Below, piece by piece: positions 15,409-25,081 of a DNA stretch of 32,000 nt. A model generated the notes under the pieces. It searched no databases. It was not told where the DNA came from and saw only the letters and a list, made by a program, of their open reading frames with translations. Location: assembly GCF_000014265.1 (NCBI RefSeq), contig NC_008312.1:5640001-5672000 (forward strand). Reading direction: 5' to 3'. The position numbers and the translations under genes were made by a program. How positions within the stretch are numbered: position 1 is the first letter of the stretch; each line of letters opens with the position of its first letter. Source of the stretch: Trichodesmium erythraeum IMS101 (GTDB lineage Bacteria; Cyanobacteriota; Cyanobacteriia; Cyanobacteriales; Microcoleaceae).

Positions 15409-18126
15409 ATGACAGATCAACCGAAAAACTCTACTGATATTATTCGAGCTGGAAATCAACTACCATCTCCTCCAGAATGGTTAAAAATTGGCGCCAAAGT
15501 CTATTCTCCTGAACATGGAATAGGTCAAATTACAGCCGTATTAGGAAAACGTTTAATTGTAGACTTTTTAGAAAGCCATAAACCAGTACATTTTTTAGAT
15601 TGGCAAATAGCAATTAAGAAGAAAGAGATTAATCCCAGAGATGGTAAAAATTTTAATCATCAAAAATTACAAGAAGCCAAAAAATCAAAGATATCCTCAG
15701 CAGAAATAGAAGCTATTCCTCGACCTGTCTTTCAAAAAATAGCCCAAGAATTTTTAGATAATTTAGTAGCAATAGATAACACGCCACCAACTCCAGGAAA
15801 ACTCTATCCTTTACCAGAAGATTTACCAATTACTCTCAAAAAAACTCTGATTATACACAATATTAGACAACTCTATGAACATCAAATTGAATCATTAACT
15901 GCTCTGAGAAAAGGATTAGATCTTTGTATTTTTACTCCCACAGCTTCTGGCAAAACTCTCTGTTATAACCTCGCCATTTTAGAGTCATGTTTACAACAAC
16001 CTGAGACGAGAGCATTATATATTTTTCCTCTCAAAGCACTGGCATTAGACCAAACCCAAAAGCTAGAAAGAATGGTCTCATATTTTCCCAAAAATTCTGT
16101 CAAAATTGGATTAATTACAGGTGACATATCTTCAGAAAACAGGAAAAAATTATTTATCCCCAACCCACCCAATATTTTAGGTGTCAGTCCAGATTTATTA
16201 CATTATCAACTATATAAAATTACCAGCAAAGATAGAGAAAAATGGCGCCAATTTTTTCAACAACTCCGATATGTAGTTATAGATGAATCTCATACTTATA
16301 TAGGAGCTTTTGGTGCTCATTTTGCCAACTTAATTCGACGGTTAAAAATGGTAGTAGATATCGTAGGCGGTAGTTCAGAAAAATTACAATTTATCTTTAG
16401 TTCAGCAACTATTGGAAATCCCGCAGAAATGGCAATGAGATTTAGCGATCGCTCCCACCAACCAGAACGACTTCATCTAATATCAAAAAGTGGTGCTGAT
16501 AGCTCGGGTAAAACAATTTTATTTCTGGAACCAAGCCAGATTGCTAATCCTGATTCTTGCAAAATAATTCTATCTTGGTTACGCTATAATTTGACTGGAG
16601 TAGTATTTTCTAATTCCAGGAGTGCGGTCAAAAAATTGTTAGGAATAATTAAACGAACAGCTGATAAAAATGGAGAGAGTTATTTAGCAGATAAAATAGC
16701 AATTTTTTATGGTTCTTTAGAGTTTCATAGGCGACAGGATATTATCCAAAAATTACAAACTGGTGTAGTCAAAGTTATTCTTTCTACTTCTGCATTAGAA
16801 GCAGGAATTGACTTACCTGAACTTGACTGTTGTTTAGTCCGTGGTTATCCAGGTAGTTTAATGTCTTGGAAACAAAGAATTGGTCGGGTAGGAAGGAAAA
16901 ATCCAGGGTTAATTATGTTTTTACCAGTAGCTCAAAATACTTTAGATAATTTCTATGGAAATAAACCAGATTTATTATTAAATGGTGAGGCAGAAAGTGC
17001 TACTTTTAATCCTAATTATCCAACAATTTTGGGCAAACATTTAGAATGTAGTTGTGTCGAAAGTGGAATACCTTTGAGTGAAATAAAAAAACGTTTTGGA
17101 GAAGTAGCTAAAGTAATTGTTGATAGCTTATTAAAACAGGAAAAAATATATATTAATAACTCTAATCAACTTTGGGGGTATGGTTATCCTCATCGGAATG
17201 TTAATTTGCGTGGTCATGCTCAAAATGATGTGGATTTAATCAATGTTAATACTGGAAAAAGCTTTGAAAAAATGCCAATGAGTCTGGCGCATAAAGAAGT
17301 ATTTCCAGGAGCAATTTATTGTGCTCAAAATTATGATGGTGATTTAATAAGCTATCATTCTGAAAATCTTGACTTAGATCAAAAACAAGCAATTTTAAAA
17401 CCTTTAGCTAAAAATTATAACTTAGAAACTGTACCAAATAATCAGTTAGCTATTAAAGAGATTCAGCAACTAGAGATACCTCAAATAATTCAAACAAATA
17501 TTTCCCACGCGAGATTAAGATTAAGTCTATTTTGGGGAGAAGTTACATTTTTAGTAAATGGTTATCAGCTACTTGCTACTAAATATGAAAAAGGAGTTGA
17601 AAAGACTACAGTTTTAGATGAAAAGAATTTCGATCCTCCCTATCAAACTCAATATCAAGCTCCAGTTCTTAAGGTTGAAATAAATGATGCTTTTAGTCAA
17701 GCTATACGGGAAAGTATTCGAGAAATTCAGTATAAAATTAAGGATAAATATAAAACAAAAATTCCAGATAATTTGAAATGTTTATGGAGTTGTAATCCTG
17801 ATTTTATTGCATTGCATAGTATGGGTCATCAAATCATATCTGCTATTCCATTAGTAGTGTTAAGTTCGAGTCAAGATGTCGAATTCTTTGTTCAGCGACA
17901 AGGAGGAGAAACTATAGGTTATTTTTTTGATACTTGTGATGGTGGAAATGGAGCGAGTGAGGCAATTTTTAATCAACTGTTGAAGTTTGTTCATAAGGCA
18001 ATAGCATTAGCAAAAAATTGTGATTGTGAATATGGTTGTCCCCGGTGTTTAACTCACCATCGTTGCCCTCAAAAAAATAAAGGTTTGTATAAAGATTTAG
18101 GGTTGTTGCTATTGCAAGCTATATAA
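15409..18126 (+). CDS. DExH-box helicase with C-terminal DUF1998 (MrfA-type zinc-binding) domain and N-terminal Tudor/SH3-like module
   Basis: 905 aa. Helicase motifs are motif I TPTASGKT (15934-15957), motif II DESH (16282-16293), SAT and motif VI QRIGRVGR. The DUF1998-like C-terminus is FFDTCDGGNGASE followed by CDCEYGCPRCLTHHRCPQ. The N-terminal residues EWLKIGAKVYSPEHGIGQITAVLGKRLIVDF resemble CarD/Mfd-RID and PcrA C-terminal Tudor-like modules. Confidence 0.85.
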   Translation: MTDQPKNSTDIIRAGNQLPSPPEWLKIGAKVYSPEHGIGQITAVLGKRLIVDFLESHKPVHFLDWQIAIKKKEINPRDGKNFNHQKLQEAKKSKISSAEIEAIPRPVFQKIAQEFLDNLVAIDNTPPTPGKLYPLPEDLPITLKKTLIIHNIRQLYEHQIESLTALRKGLDLCIFTPTASGKTLCYNLAILESCLQQPETRALYIFPLKALALDQTQKLERMVSYFPKNSVKIGLITGDISSENRKKLFIPNPPNILGVSPDLLHYQLYKITSKDREKWRQFFQQLRYVVIDESHTYIGAFGAHFANLIRRLKMVVDIVGGSSEKLQFIFSSATIGNPAEMAMRFSDRSHQPERLHLISKSGADSSGKTILFLEPSQIANPDSCKIILSWLRYNLTGVVFSNSRSAVKKLLGIIKRTADKNGESYLADKIAIFYGSLEFHRRQDIIQKLQTGVVKVILSTSALEAGIDLPELDCCLVRGYPGSLMSWKQRIGRVGRKNPGLIMFLPVAQNTLDNFYGNKPDLLLNGEAESATFNPNYPTILGKHLECSCVESGIPLSEIKKRFGEVAKVIVDSLLKQEKIYINNSNQLWGYGYPHRNVNLRGHAQNDVDLINVNTGKSFEKMPMSLAHKEVFPGAIYCAQNYDGDLISYHSENLDLDQKQAILKPLAKNYNLETVPNNQLAIKEIQQLEIPQIIQTNISHARLRLSLFWGEVTFLVNGYQLLATKYEKGVEKTTVLDEKNFDPPYQTQYQAPVLKVEINDAFSQAIRESIREIQYKIKDKYKTKIPDNLKCLWSCNPDFIALHSMGHQIISAIPLVVLSSSQDVEFFVQRQGGETIGYFFDTCDGGNGASEAIFNQLLKFVHKAIALAKNCDCEYGCPRCLTHHRCPQKNKGLYKDLGLLLLQAI

Positions 18127-18189
18127 TATTTAGCTACTACATCTAATAGCATTTATCAAAAGCTTTTCTATATTTTATTGAGTAAGAAA

Positions 18190-18250
18190 GTAGAGAAGTA
18201 GAGAATTAAATAAGAATTAAATAAGAATTAAATATAAGAATAAATAACAT
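18190..18250. repeat. Short AT-rich tandem repeats (8-mer x2, 11-mer x3-4)
   Basis: The sequence reads GTAGAGAA GTAGAGAA, then TTAAATAAGAA TTAAATAAGAA TTAAATATAAGAA TAAATAAC. It lies directly downstream of the helicase stop. Confidence 0.6.
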
Positions 18251-18429
18251 TAACTTAGATAAAGATATAGGAAAAAAGTTATTTATTTTATCTTTATTAT
18301 TTAATAACTGAATTATTACAAAGAGTTAGCATTAATGCATGGGAATTAGTATATAATTAAAGGGATAAAAAACTAGATGGTTTTTATTAGAGTTAAAGCC
18401 CTACCTACAAGTTTGTTACCCCATGAGCT

Positions 18430-18603
18430 TCACATCACAACCAAAAAATTGTAGGGACCTTGCATGCAAAGTCCCCATAGCTTCAGTTCTTTATCATCAG
18501 AGATGCCAAACAAGATAACTCCAGGAATTCCCAAGTCATAGACTTCCTTTGCTTCCTCAACAATTTTATCTACTGAGAGCTGATATACCCCTGGCATTGG
18601 CAT
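18430..18603 (-). pseudogene. hemB: Fragment of porphobilinogen synthase (HemB) gene
   Basis: The minus-strand 57-codon ORF encodes [38 protein letters not shown]... This matches the conserved HemB segment (E. coli [34 protein letters not shown]). Similarity stops at a 22-bp palindrome (18454-18475). The remaining roughly 280 residues of a HemB protein are absent. Confidence 0.65.
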
Positions 18604-18700
18604 TAACCAATATGCTTAGTATCCCTCCTTTTTTCGGAAAGAGCTGTTCATAGGCAAAGAGCTTTTCATAATCTTTGAGGCTAGTTGTATGACCTTTTGA

Positions 18701-19165
18701 TTATTCTTCCATTAAAAGTTTTACAGCTCGCCCTAAAATATCAGAAAATATTGAGAAGTCATTTTTCTTGATCAGGGAAAACAAGAGGTCATCAATTTCA
18801 TGAAAATCTTTGGATACACCTTTAATCAACAATTGGAGCAAAATTTTACTGACTTTAGCTATAACTCTAATTTTTGTTGAGATTTTTTCTTTAGAGATGA
18901 CTTCACAGATATATTTAACTACATCATCTCTTTTTCCTTCATCACCATAATTTCCTCGGTTTGCAATTAGAGTATTTATAAAAAGAAGACCTATGGTTTT
19001 CGCCAATAAGAAAGACCATTCACTAGATGGTTATTCTTGAGGAGGTAACTTATCCAACATTGCTACAGAAGGAATGTATGTATAGTTGTATTGATATTCC
19101 TATCTGGCTATTTCCAAAAGCTCATTTACCGATGAACTTGTAATATGTTTTAATGAGTTAGTCAT
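18701..19165 (-). pseudogene. Hypothetical gene interrupted by two in-frame stop codons
   Basis: A single frame runs from ATG 19165 (preceded by GGAAGGA about 11 nt upstream) to the stop at 18701. It is 155 codons and is broken by TAG at 19102-19100 and TAA at 19033-19031, with no frameshift. The track ORF 18701-19006 is its last third. I recognise no family. Confidence 0.55.
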
Positions 19166-19326
19166 GTTCAATTATTTCCTTCCACTAAAAACTAGATAGA
19201 GTTTTTTCAACAAGAATTCAGGAGTTAGGACTCTCTAGGAAATCAAGGTTTGATTTACTAGAGCACTATTACAAGTCAATGTAAATTTATCAAAATAGTT
19301 CTGAGTCCTGGCTCCTCCCTTCAAAA

Positions 19327-20199
19327 TTAAATATATTTCTGCAGTAATAATTCCAACTTTTTCTTAGTTGCAGTAGGTGCTTTATCTAAAGGAGTGAAAA
19401 TAGCATCTTTTAAAGCTGAATGAGAATCAGAAACAAACTGATTTTTACTCAATATGCGCACAGTTTCCTGAATAACTTTTTGAGCATTCGCCACATTCTT
19501 ATTTAAATTATTAACTACCATTTCTACAGTCACGCTATCATGTTCTTCATGCCAACAATCATAATCTGTAGACAAAGCTAATGTTGCATAAGCTATTTCG
19601 GCTTCCCTTGCTAATTTTGCCTCTGGCAAGTTTGTCATCCCAATGACTGTTGCACCCCAACTGCGATATAAATTTGACTCCGCTTTAGTAGAAAAAGCAG
19701 GCCCTTCCATACATAAATAAGTGCCACTACGATGCACATTTACATTTTCTAACTTTAAACTTTCCGCAGCATCCGCTAGTATCTTTGCTAGTTCAGGACA
19801 AGTAGGATTTTCAAAAGTAATGTGTGCTACTATTCCTTCACCGAAAAAAGTAGATATGCGATCTTTTGTCCTGTCAATGAACTGGTCTACTACTAATAGG
19901 TCTAGTGGCTTGACTTCTTCTTTGAGAGAACCAACTGCAGAAGCAGAGATTAAATATTTTACACCTAAACTTTTCATACCATAGATATTAGCACGAAACG
20001 GTAATTCAGATGGTAATAAAGTATGGTTGCGATTGTGTCTGGGTAGAAATGCTACTTGTATTCCTTCTAGAGTACCAACAATAAAAGCATCAGAGGGAGA
20101 GCCAAAAGGTGTATCTAGTTTGATTTCTTCTACATCTTTGAGTGCTTCCATTTTGTACAGACCACTACCGCCAATAATGCCAATCTTTGCTTTGCTCAT
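19327..20199 (-). CDS. mtnP: S-methyl-5'-thioadenosine phosphorylase
   Basis: 290 aa. It aligns by eye along its full length with MTAP/MtnP: [62 protein letters not shown] and TDYDCW. Confidence 0.9.
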   Translation of the reverse strand: MSKAKIGIIGGSGLYKMEALKDVEEIKLDTPFGSPSDAFIVGTLEGIQVAFLPRHNRNHTLLPSELPFRANIYGMKSLGVKYLISASAVGSLKEEVKPLDLLVVDQFIDRTKDRISTFFGEGIVAHITFENPTCPELAKILADAAESLKLENVNVHRSGTYLCMEGPAFSTKAESNLYRSWGATVIGMTNLPEAKLAREAEIAYATLALSTDYDCWHEEHDSVTVEMVVNNLNKNVANAQKVIQETVRILSKNQFVSDSHSALKDAIFTPLDKAPTATKKKLELLLQKYI

Positions 20200-20999
20200 T
20201 ATATTTCTATTACTCTAATATTTTACCAGATATAGGCTTGTATTATTTGAAGCCAAATTACTTTGGAGTGATTTTAATTGTTAAAAACAAATCAAAAAAA
20301 TCTATCTTTTGATTATACTCGTAATTATCTATGATTTTTATGAAATCTTCATAAAAACTACCGAAATTTTACCGTAATATCGCTCAAAAAAAACTTAACA
20401 AAACTATTAATAATTTTTAATAACTTATTTTTTTTCTGGTCTATACATTTTTAGTTTCTTATGTATATCTATCATTGATACAATTTTTTTTCTTTTGTTG
20501 CCAAATTATCTAATTATTTAGTTTATAAAAAAATCAATAATAGTACAATTAAAGTTATAAAATTTTCACAAAAATAAGCTATAAAAAAATATTTTTACAA
20601 TTCATAAAATTTCAAGATTAGAGTTATTATTTTTGATTTTTTTTACTATCTATTAAAGAAACAACTAGATTAAAAAAGTTTATTAAAATATTAGTAGAGC
20701 AAATTAGTATTATCAAATAATATGAGTTGAAAAATATAGCAAAAATATTCAGTTATAGCTTTAAATATTGAGCTATTAACTAAAGTCAAGACTATTGGCT
20801 TTTAAGGATTTCAATTTTATTAATCTCCTCACACTTTTTTAAAATTTATCTATTGCTCATAAGTTTCTAATTAGTATTAAGAATAGATCTAGTTTAATCA
20901 CTTTCCTAAAATAAATTTTAACGACAGTATTTGAGCTAAAAAATACTTACTATTTTCTTGATAAAGACTTTGACAAAATTGATTAATTAATTTTCCAAT

Positions 21000-21854
21000 T
21001 TAATTTGACTCTAATAACCAAAACCCACTATAAGTCATTCCAGAATCATCAGGTTGCACTAATAAAAAATGTAGTCCTTCGCTCTGCTGTTTTCTTTGCT
21101 CATAAGCCTGAGCTGCTCCTGATACTTCTTGGTCTGCAAAAGTAGCAACTACCCACCGATCTACTAACCCCGTCTCTAAAATTAACCCATCAGGATCCCC
21201 AGAAATATATTTTAAAAGGTATGGTCGTGTAGTTTCTAACCATCTCGCTAATTTCATAGACTGACGACCACCATCAATAACTACTCCTGGTATTGGTAGT
21301 GTTGAAGATAATCCTAAATTTAACGGCAAAAGAAATTCTGGTGCTTCTAAAACAGGTATAGGGCGTTCAATAATATCCCCAATATTACCAGCAGGTAATG
21401 AAGCAAATCTCCAGCGATCGCCCCACAAATTTTCAGCTAATGGTACAGGTGGAGGAACATCTAATACTAAAGGTTCATAAAATTCCCCAGTATATGCTTC
21501 CATATCCTGATATTGTTGCACCCTTTCCAGTAACCATTCTTTTAAAGCTGTTGTGCGTCTAGTCGGTTCTATTTTCAATCCTAACATTTGAGCGGCAACT
21601 TCTATTAACCCCAAAGACTGAGGTCGAAATACTTGAATTACATCTGGTAAACCTTGGCCTTGAGCCATTTTTTGCAGTTGTGCCACGAGCCAACTCGCTT
21701 TAACTTCCGACTGGGGACACATAGCAATAAATTCTAAGCTACGAGTAGGAGTGCAAATTAATAATTCCCATAATTTTTGGCCTTGTTTATCTTGGAGGGG
21801 ACGGCGGTAATAATCTACTTGCCAAATAGTTATAGTATCCATTTTTGACATCAA
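21000..21854 (-). CDS. Tab2-family (DUF1092) RNA-binding protein homolog
   Basis: 284 aa. The N-terminal signature WQVDYYRRPLQDKQGQKLWELLIC is typical of cyanobacterial Tab2/ATAB2 homologs. The track start is TTG 21854; ATG at 21851 is more likely. Confidence 0.7.
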   Translation of the reverse strand: MMSKMDTITIWQVDYYRRPLQDKQGQKLWELLICTPTRSLEFIAMCPQSEVKASWLVAQLQKMAQGQGLPDVIQVFRPQSLGLIEVAAQMLGLKIEPTRRTTALKEWLLERVQQYQDMEAYTGEFYEPLVLDVPPPVPLAENLWGDRWRFASLPAGNIGDIIERPIPVLEAPEFLLPLNLGLSSTLPIPGVVIDGGRQSMKLARWLETTRPYLLKYISGDPDGLILETGLVDRWVVATFADQEVSGAAQAYEQRKQQSEGLHFLLVQPDDSGMTYSGFWLLESN

Positions 21855-22833
21855 AATTTAATCAGAAAATTTGAAATATTTGAGATTTACTCCTCAGCAG
21901 TGCCAAGCAGAAAGGTTACATCTGAGAGTAGGCCAGAAAAAACAGGTACATCAAGAAGGGAACTAAATGCTCCTTCTCACCAAAAATTTCAATACATTGT
22001 CAAATTGTCAAGTAACATCAGCTATACTCCGTTCTCTTGTTTGACAATATTGTTCTAAGTTTTCCCGTTATCTGTCATCTAGTCTAGTATTTATTTATTC
22101 CATGTTTACTTATGATATATATCTATGCTATTCCTTACTAAAACTATCATAATTAAGAGTAACAGATTGTATTAGCTCATTAATATAAATCTTTGCCAAA
22201 TACAGAACAAAAGCAAACGAAGAGTGAGGGGTTAGATATGTTCCGCTATCAATATAATTATCTATTGGCGAGTTTGAGAAGTGCTAAAACTTTTATGATT
22301 TAATGGCCAGAAAAAGCTGACGCCAAACCCCACAATTCAAATTGTGAAAGCGAAATAATTGTTGACAATTTTACTTCATTATCAGAGATAGTGACCCAAG
22401 CTAGTTCGAAAGTTTATACAGTTAGTTATAAAGATCCCAAACCTAAGCCAGACTTACACAAGGGAGAATAGAAGGGAAAAAACTAGTTTAAGTCATTAGC
22501 TATGCCAGATTTGAGAGACGAAGCTTATGCTACTCAAAATCTTACGATTGGATATGTTCAACTATTCCTAAATAAATATCAATAATAAATAAATGATCAC
22601 AAATTCAAAAATGTATAAGTTCAGTTATTGATTCATGTTTTAAATTATCAACGCCTTTTAAATTATATCTAAGTCAAAGAATTAATTTATAAAAATAAAA
22701 TATAATACTACGTTTGCAATATCAAATTAGGATAAGCTTACCATTAAAGTTAATATTACAGTCAAACTATTACACATAATAATAATTATATACTATTTGC
22801 TATAATTAAGCAAATGTCAACCCAAATTATTAA

Positions 22834-24108
22834 TTGAATCCTATGATTAATCCTGCCTTGAGTCAATTTGGTACAACAATGTCCCGCCTGACAGGTGTGC
22901 GGGCTATTATGGCAGATATTATTGCCACCCTACGGGGGGGTCAAGGTCAGGAATTTCTTGACTTCAGTTCTGGAAACCCGCTTGTTTTACCAGAAGTAGA
23001 AAAATTATGGAAAGACTGTACCACAGAATTATTGGCAAGTCCAGAGTATGGGGAAGTAGTAGGACGCTATGGTTCTTCTCAAGGTTATCAACCTTTTATT
23101 GATGCCGTTGTTAATGACTTTAATTCTCGGTATGGGTTGAGTTTGAGCGATCGCAATGTTTTGATTACTCCTGGTTCTCAGTCTATATATTTCTATGCTG
23201 CTAATGCTTTTGGAGGATATACTGACAACCAAACTCTGAAAAAAATTGTTCTACCCCTTAGCCCAGACTACACTGGTTATGGTGGAGTTAGTTTAATTCC
23301 AGAGGCAGTAGTTGCCTACAAACCAACTCTGGAAATTGATGATGAGGATCATCGCTTCAAATATTGTCCCGACTTTAGTCAACTCGTCATTGATGAAAAT
23401 ACTGGTTGTGTTATTTTCTCACGCCCCTGTAACCCCACTGGTAATGTCATTAGTGTTGATGAGGTCAAAAAAATTGCCCATCAAGCCAATGTTTATGGTG
23501 TGCCAGTATTGGTGGATGCGGCTTATGCTCCTCCCTATCCAGGATTAAATTTTGTCGACATGGAACCTGTTTTTGGGGACAATATTGTTCATTGTATGAG
23601 TTTATCAAAGGCTGGACTTCCAGGAGAACGAATTGGCATTGCTATTGGAGATGAAAGAATAATTGAGGTTTTGCAAGGGTTTCAGACTAATATGTGTATT
23701 CATTCTCCTCGTTATGGACAGGCGATCGCTACTGATGCAATTAATTCTGGGGCTCTGGCAGAAATTTCTACTAAAGTAATTCGGCCTTTTTATCAAAATA
23801 AATTTTCGATTTTAGAATCAACTTTAGAAAAAGCTTTACCAAAAAATTTGCCCTGGTTTCTCCATCGTTTTGAAGGAGCTATTTTTGCTTGGTTGTGGTT
23901 AAAAGATTTACCAATGACTGACTGGGAATTTTACCAAAAGTTGAAGGAAGTAGGAATTATTGTTGTGCCTGGTAGTTCATTTTTCCCTGGTTTACGAGAA
24001 GAATGGCCTCATAAACAACAGTGTATTCGTATTAGTTTAACAGCTCCCGATGAGCATATTCAAGAGGGAATGGAACGCTTGGCAAAGATGATAATTTCAA
24101 TTTTTTAA
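22834..24108 (+). CDS. avtA: Valine-pyruvate aminotransferase-like PLP-dependent aminotransferase
   Basis: 424 aa. It shows extended similarity to E. coli AvtA: GGNP, TPGSQS, NPTGNV, the PLP-lysine motif CMSLSKAGLPGERIGI, and GAIFAWLWLKDLP...VPGSSFFPGL...WPHKQQCIRI. The track start is TTG 22834; ATG at 22843 is an alternative. Confidence 0.8.
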   Translation: MNPMINPALSQFGTTMSRLTGVRAIMADIIATLRGGQGQEFLDFSSGNPLVLPEVEKLWKDCTTELLASPEYGEVVGRYGSSQGYQPFIDAVVNDFNSRYGLSLSDRNVLITPGSQSIYFYAANAFGGYTDNQTLKKIVLPLSPDYTGYGGVSLIPEAVVAYKPTLEIDDEDHRFKYCPDFSQLVIDENTGCVIFSRPCNPTGNVISVDEVKKIAHQANVYGVPVLVDAAYAPPYPGLNFVDMEPVFGDNIVHCMSLSKAGLPGERIGIAIGDERIIEVLQGFQTNMCIHSPRYGQAIATDAINSGALAEISTKVIRPFYQNKFSILESTLEKALPKNLPWFLHRFEGAIFAWLWLKDLPMTDWEFYQKLKEVGIIVVPGSSFFPGLREEWPHKQQCIRISLTAPDEHIQEGMERLAKMIISIF

Positions 24109-24376
24109 TCACATCATCTGGAGAAAGAAGCAACAGCAAAAATATACTAATAATTAAGTTTAACTAGTTTTTTTTAGTTGTGATTATCAAATATAATTGA
24201 GCTTTCTTTTAGTCAAAATAATTTGTATTCAAATTATTTTAAATTCCCTATTCGTTACTTCCTAACTGAATGCTTAACTTTCAAAATTTAATTTTTGAAG
24301 TTAAAAATTATTCTCATGCGAGGGTGTTATCAGATATATAAAGATATTATAAATAGAAAAAATTCATTATTGAAAT

Positions 24377-25081
24377 ATGATAACTGTCAAAGAAGCAAGA
24401 GAAAAAGCACTACATTTTCTTAGTGAACAAGGACTGGAAAGAGAATTTCTTGAAAATGTCTCAATCAAACTTGATGATGCAGAAAAATTAATTAATATAA
24501 GCCGTCACAAACAGCCTCAAAAAATATTAGAAGTTAGTACTTTTGTGGAAGTCTCTACTGCTGTATTAGGATTGTGTTTAGCAGAAACAAAAATTGTTTG
24601 TATAGATGCCGACTTTCCTGTAGAGCTTCAAAATATCCTCTGTGTTAAACAATTTAAAATTGACAATCAAAAGACTAATTTATATTTTGTTGAAAAAGTT
24701 TTACTATACTTAAAAATTTTGACAAAATTTACCCTGAAGCGAGGTTTTTTTTCCTGTTTTTTTCCCAATCAAAAAGATTTGAATAAAGTTGTGAATTATG
24801 GAATTAAACCTGAAGACAGAAAAATTATTGGTCCAGAAGTCTGTGAAAAATACGGACCATTTGATCTGGGATTTCTAGATGGAAACCATCGAAAGGAAGC
24901 TGTAAAACAAGACCTAACATTACTATCTAGTTATATTAGACCTGGAGGAGAAATAGTTCTTCATGATGTAGGTTTAGATTACTGGGGACAAGAAGTAAGA
25001 CAAGGTGTCGAGCAATTTTTAAAAGAACATCCTCAAAAAAAATTTCGTATTGAAGGTGAAATTGGCTTTATTTCAGTTTAA
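24377..25081 (+). CDS. Class I SAM-methyltransferase-like protein (Methyltransf_24-like), glycine-poor motif I
   Basis: 234 aa. The C-terminal half LDGNHRKEAVKQDLTLLSSYIRPGGEIVLHDV fits the DGDH...PGG...HD pattern of this family. The expected motif I (ILEIGtyxGxST) reads ILEVSTFVEVST and has lost its glycines. Confidence 0.55.
   Translation: MITVKEAREKALHFLSEQGLEREFLENVSIKLDDAEKLINISRHKQPQKILEVSTFVEVSTAVLGLCLAETKIVCIDADFPVELQNILCVKQFKIDNQKTNLYFVEKVLLYLKILTKFTLKRGFFSCFFPNQKDLNKVVNYGIKPEDRKIIGPEVCEKYGPFDLGFLDGNHRKEAVKQDLTLLSSYIRPGGEIVLHDVGLDYWGQEVRQGVEQFLKEHPQKKFRIEGEIGFISV

Noticed and set aside
19721-20218. Plus-strand ORFs inside mtnP (19721-19984, 20027-20218), and similar internal ORFs in avtA (23029-23796) and the M20 gene (26258-26506)
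   Set aside because: All are embedded in, or antisense to, genes with strong full-length family similarity. None shows independent motifs.
22012-22027. NtcA-like site GTA-N8-TAT (GTAACATCAGCTATAC)
   Set aside because: The last position of the GTA-N8-TAC consensus is mismatched. No properly spaced -10 box is identifiable. The site is about 800 bp from the next plus-strand gene, and near-matches are frequent in AT-rich DNA.
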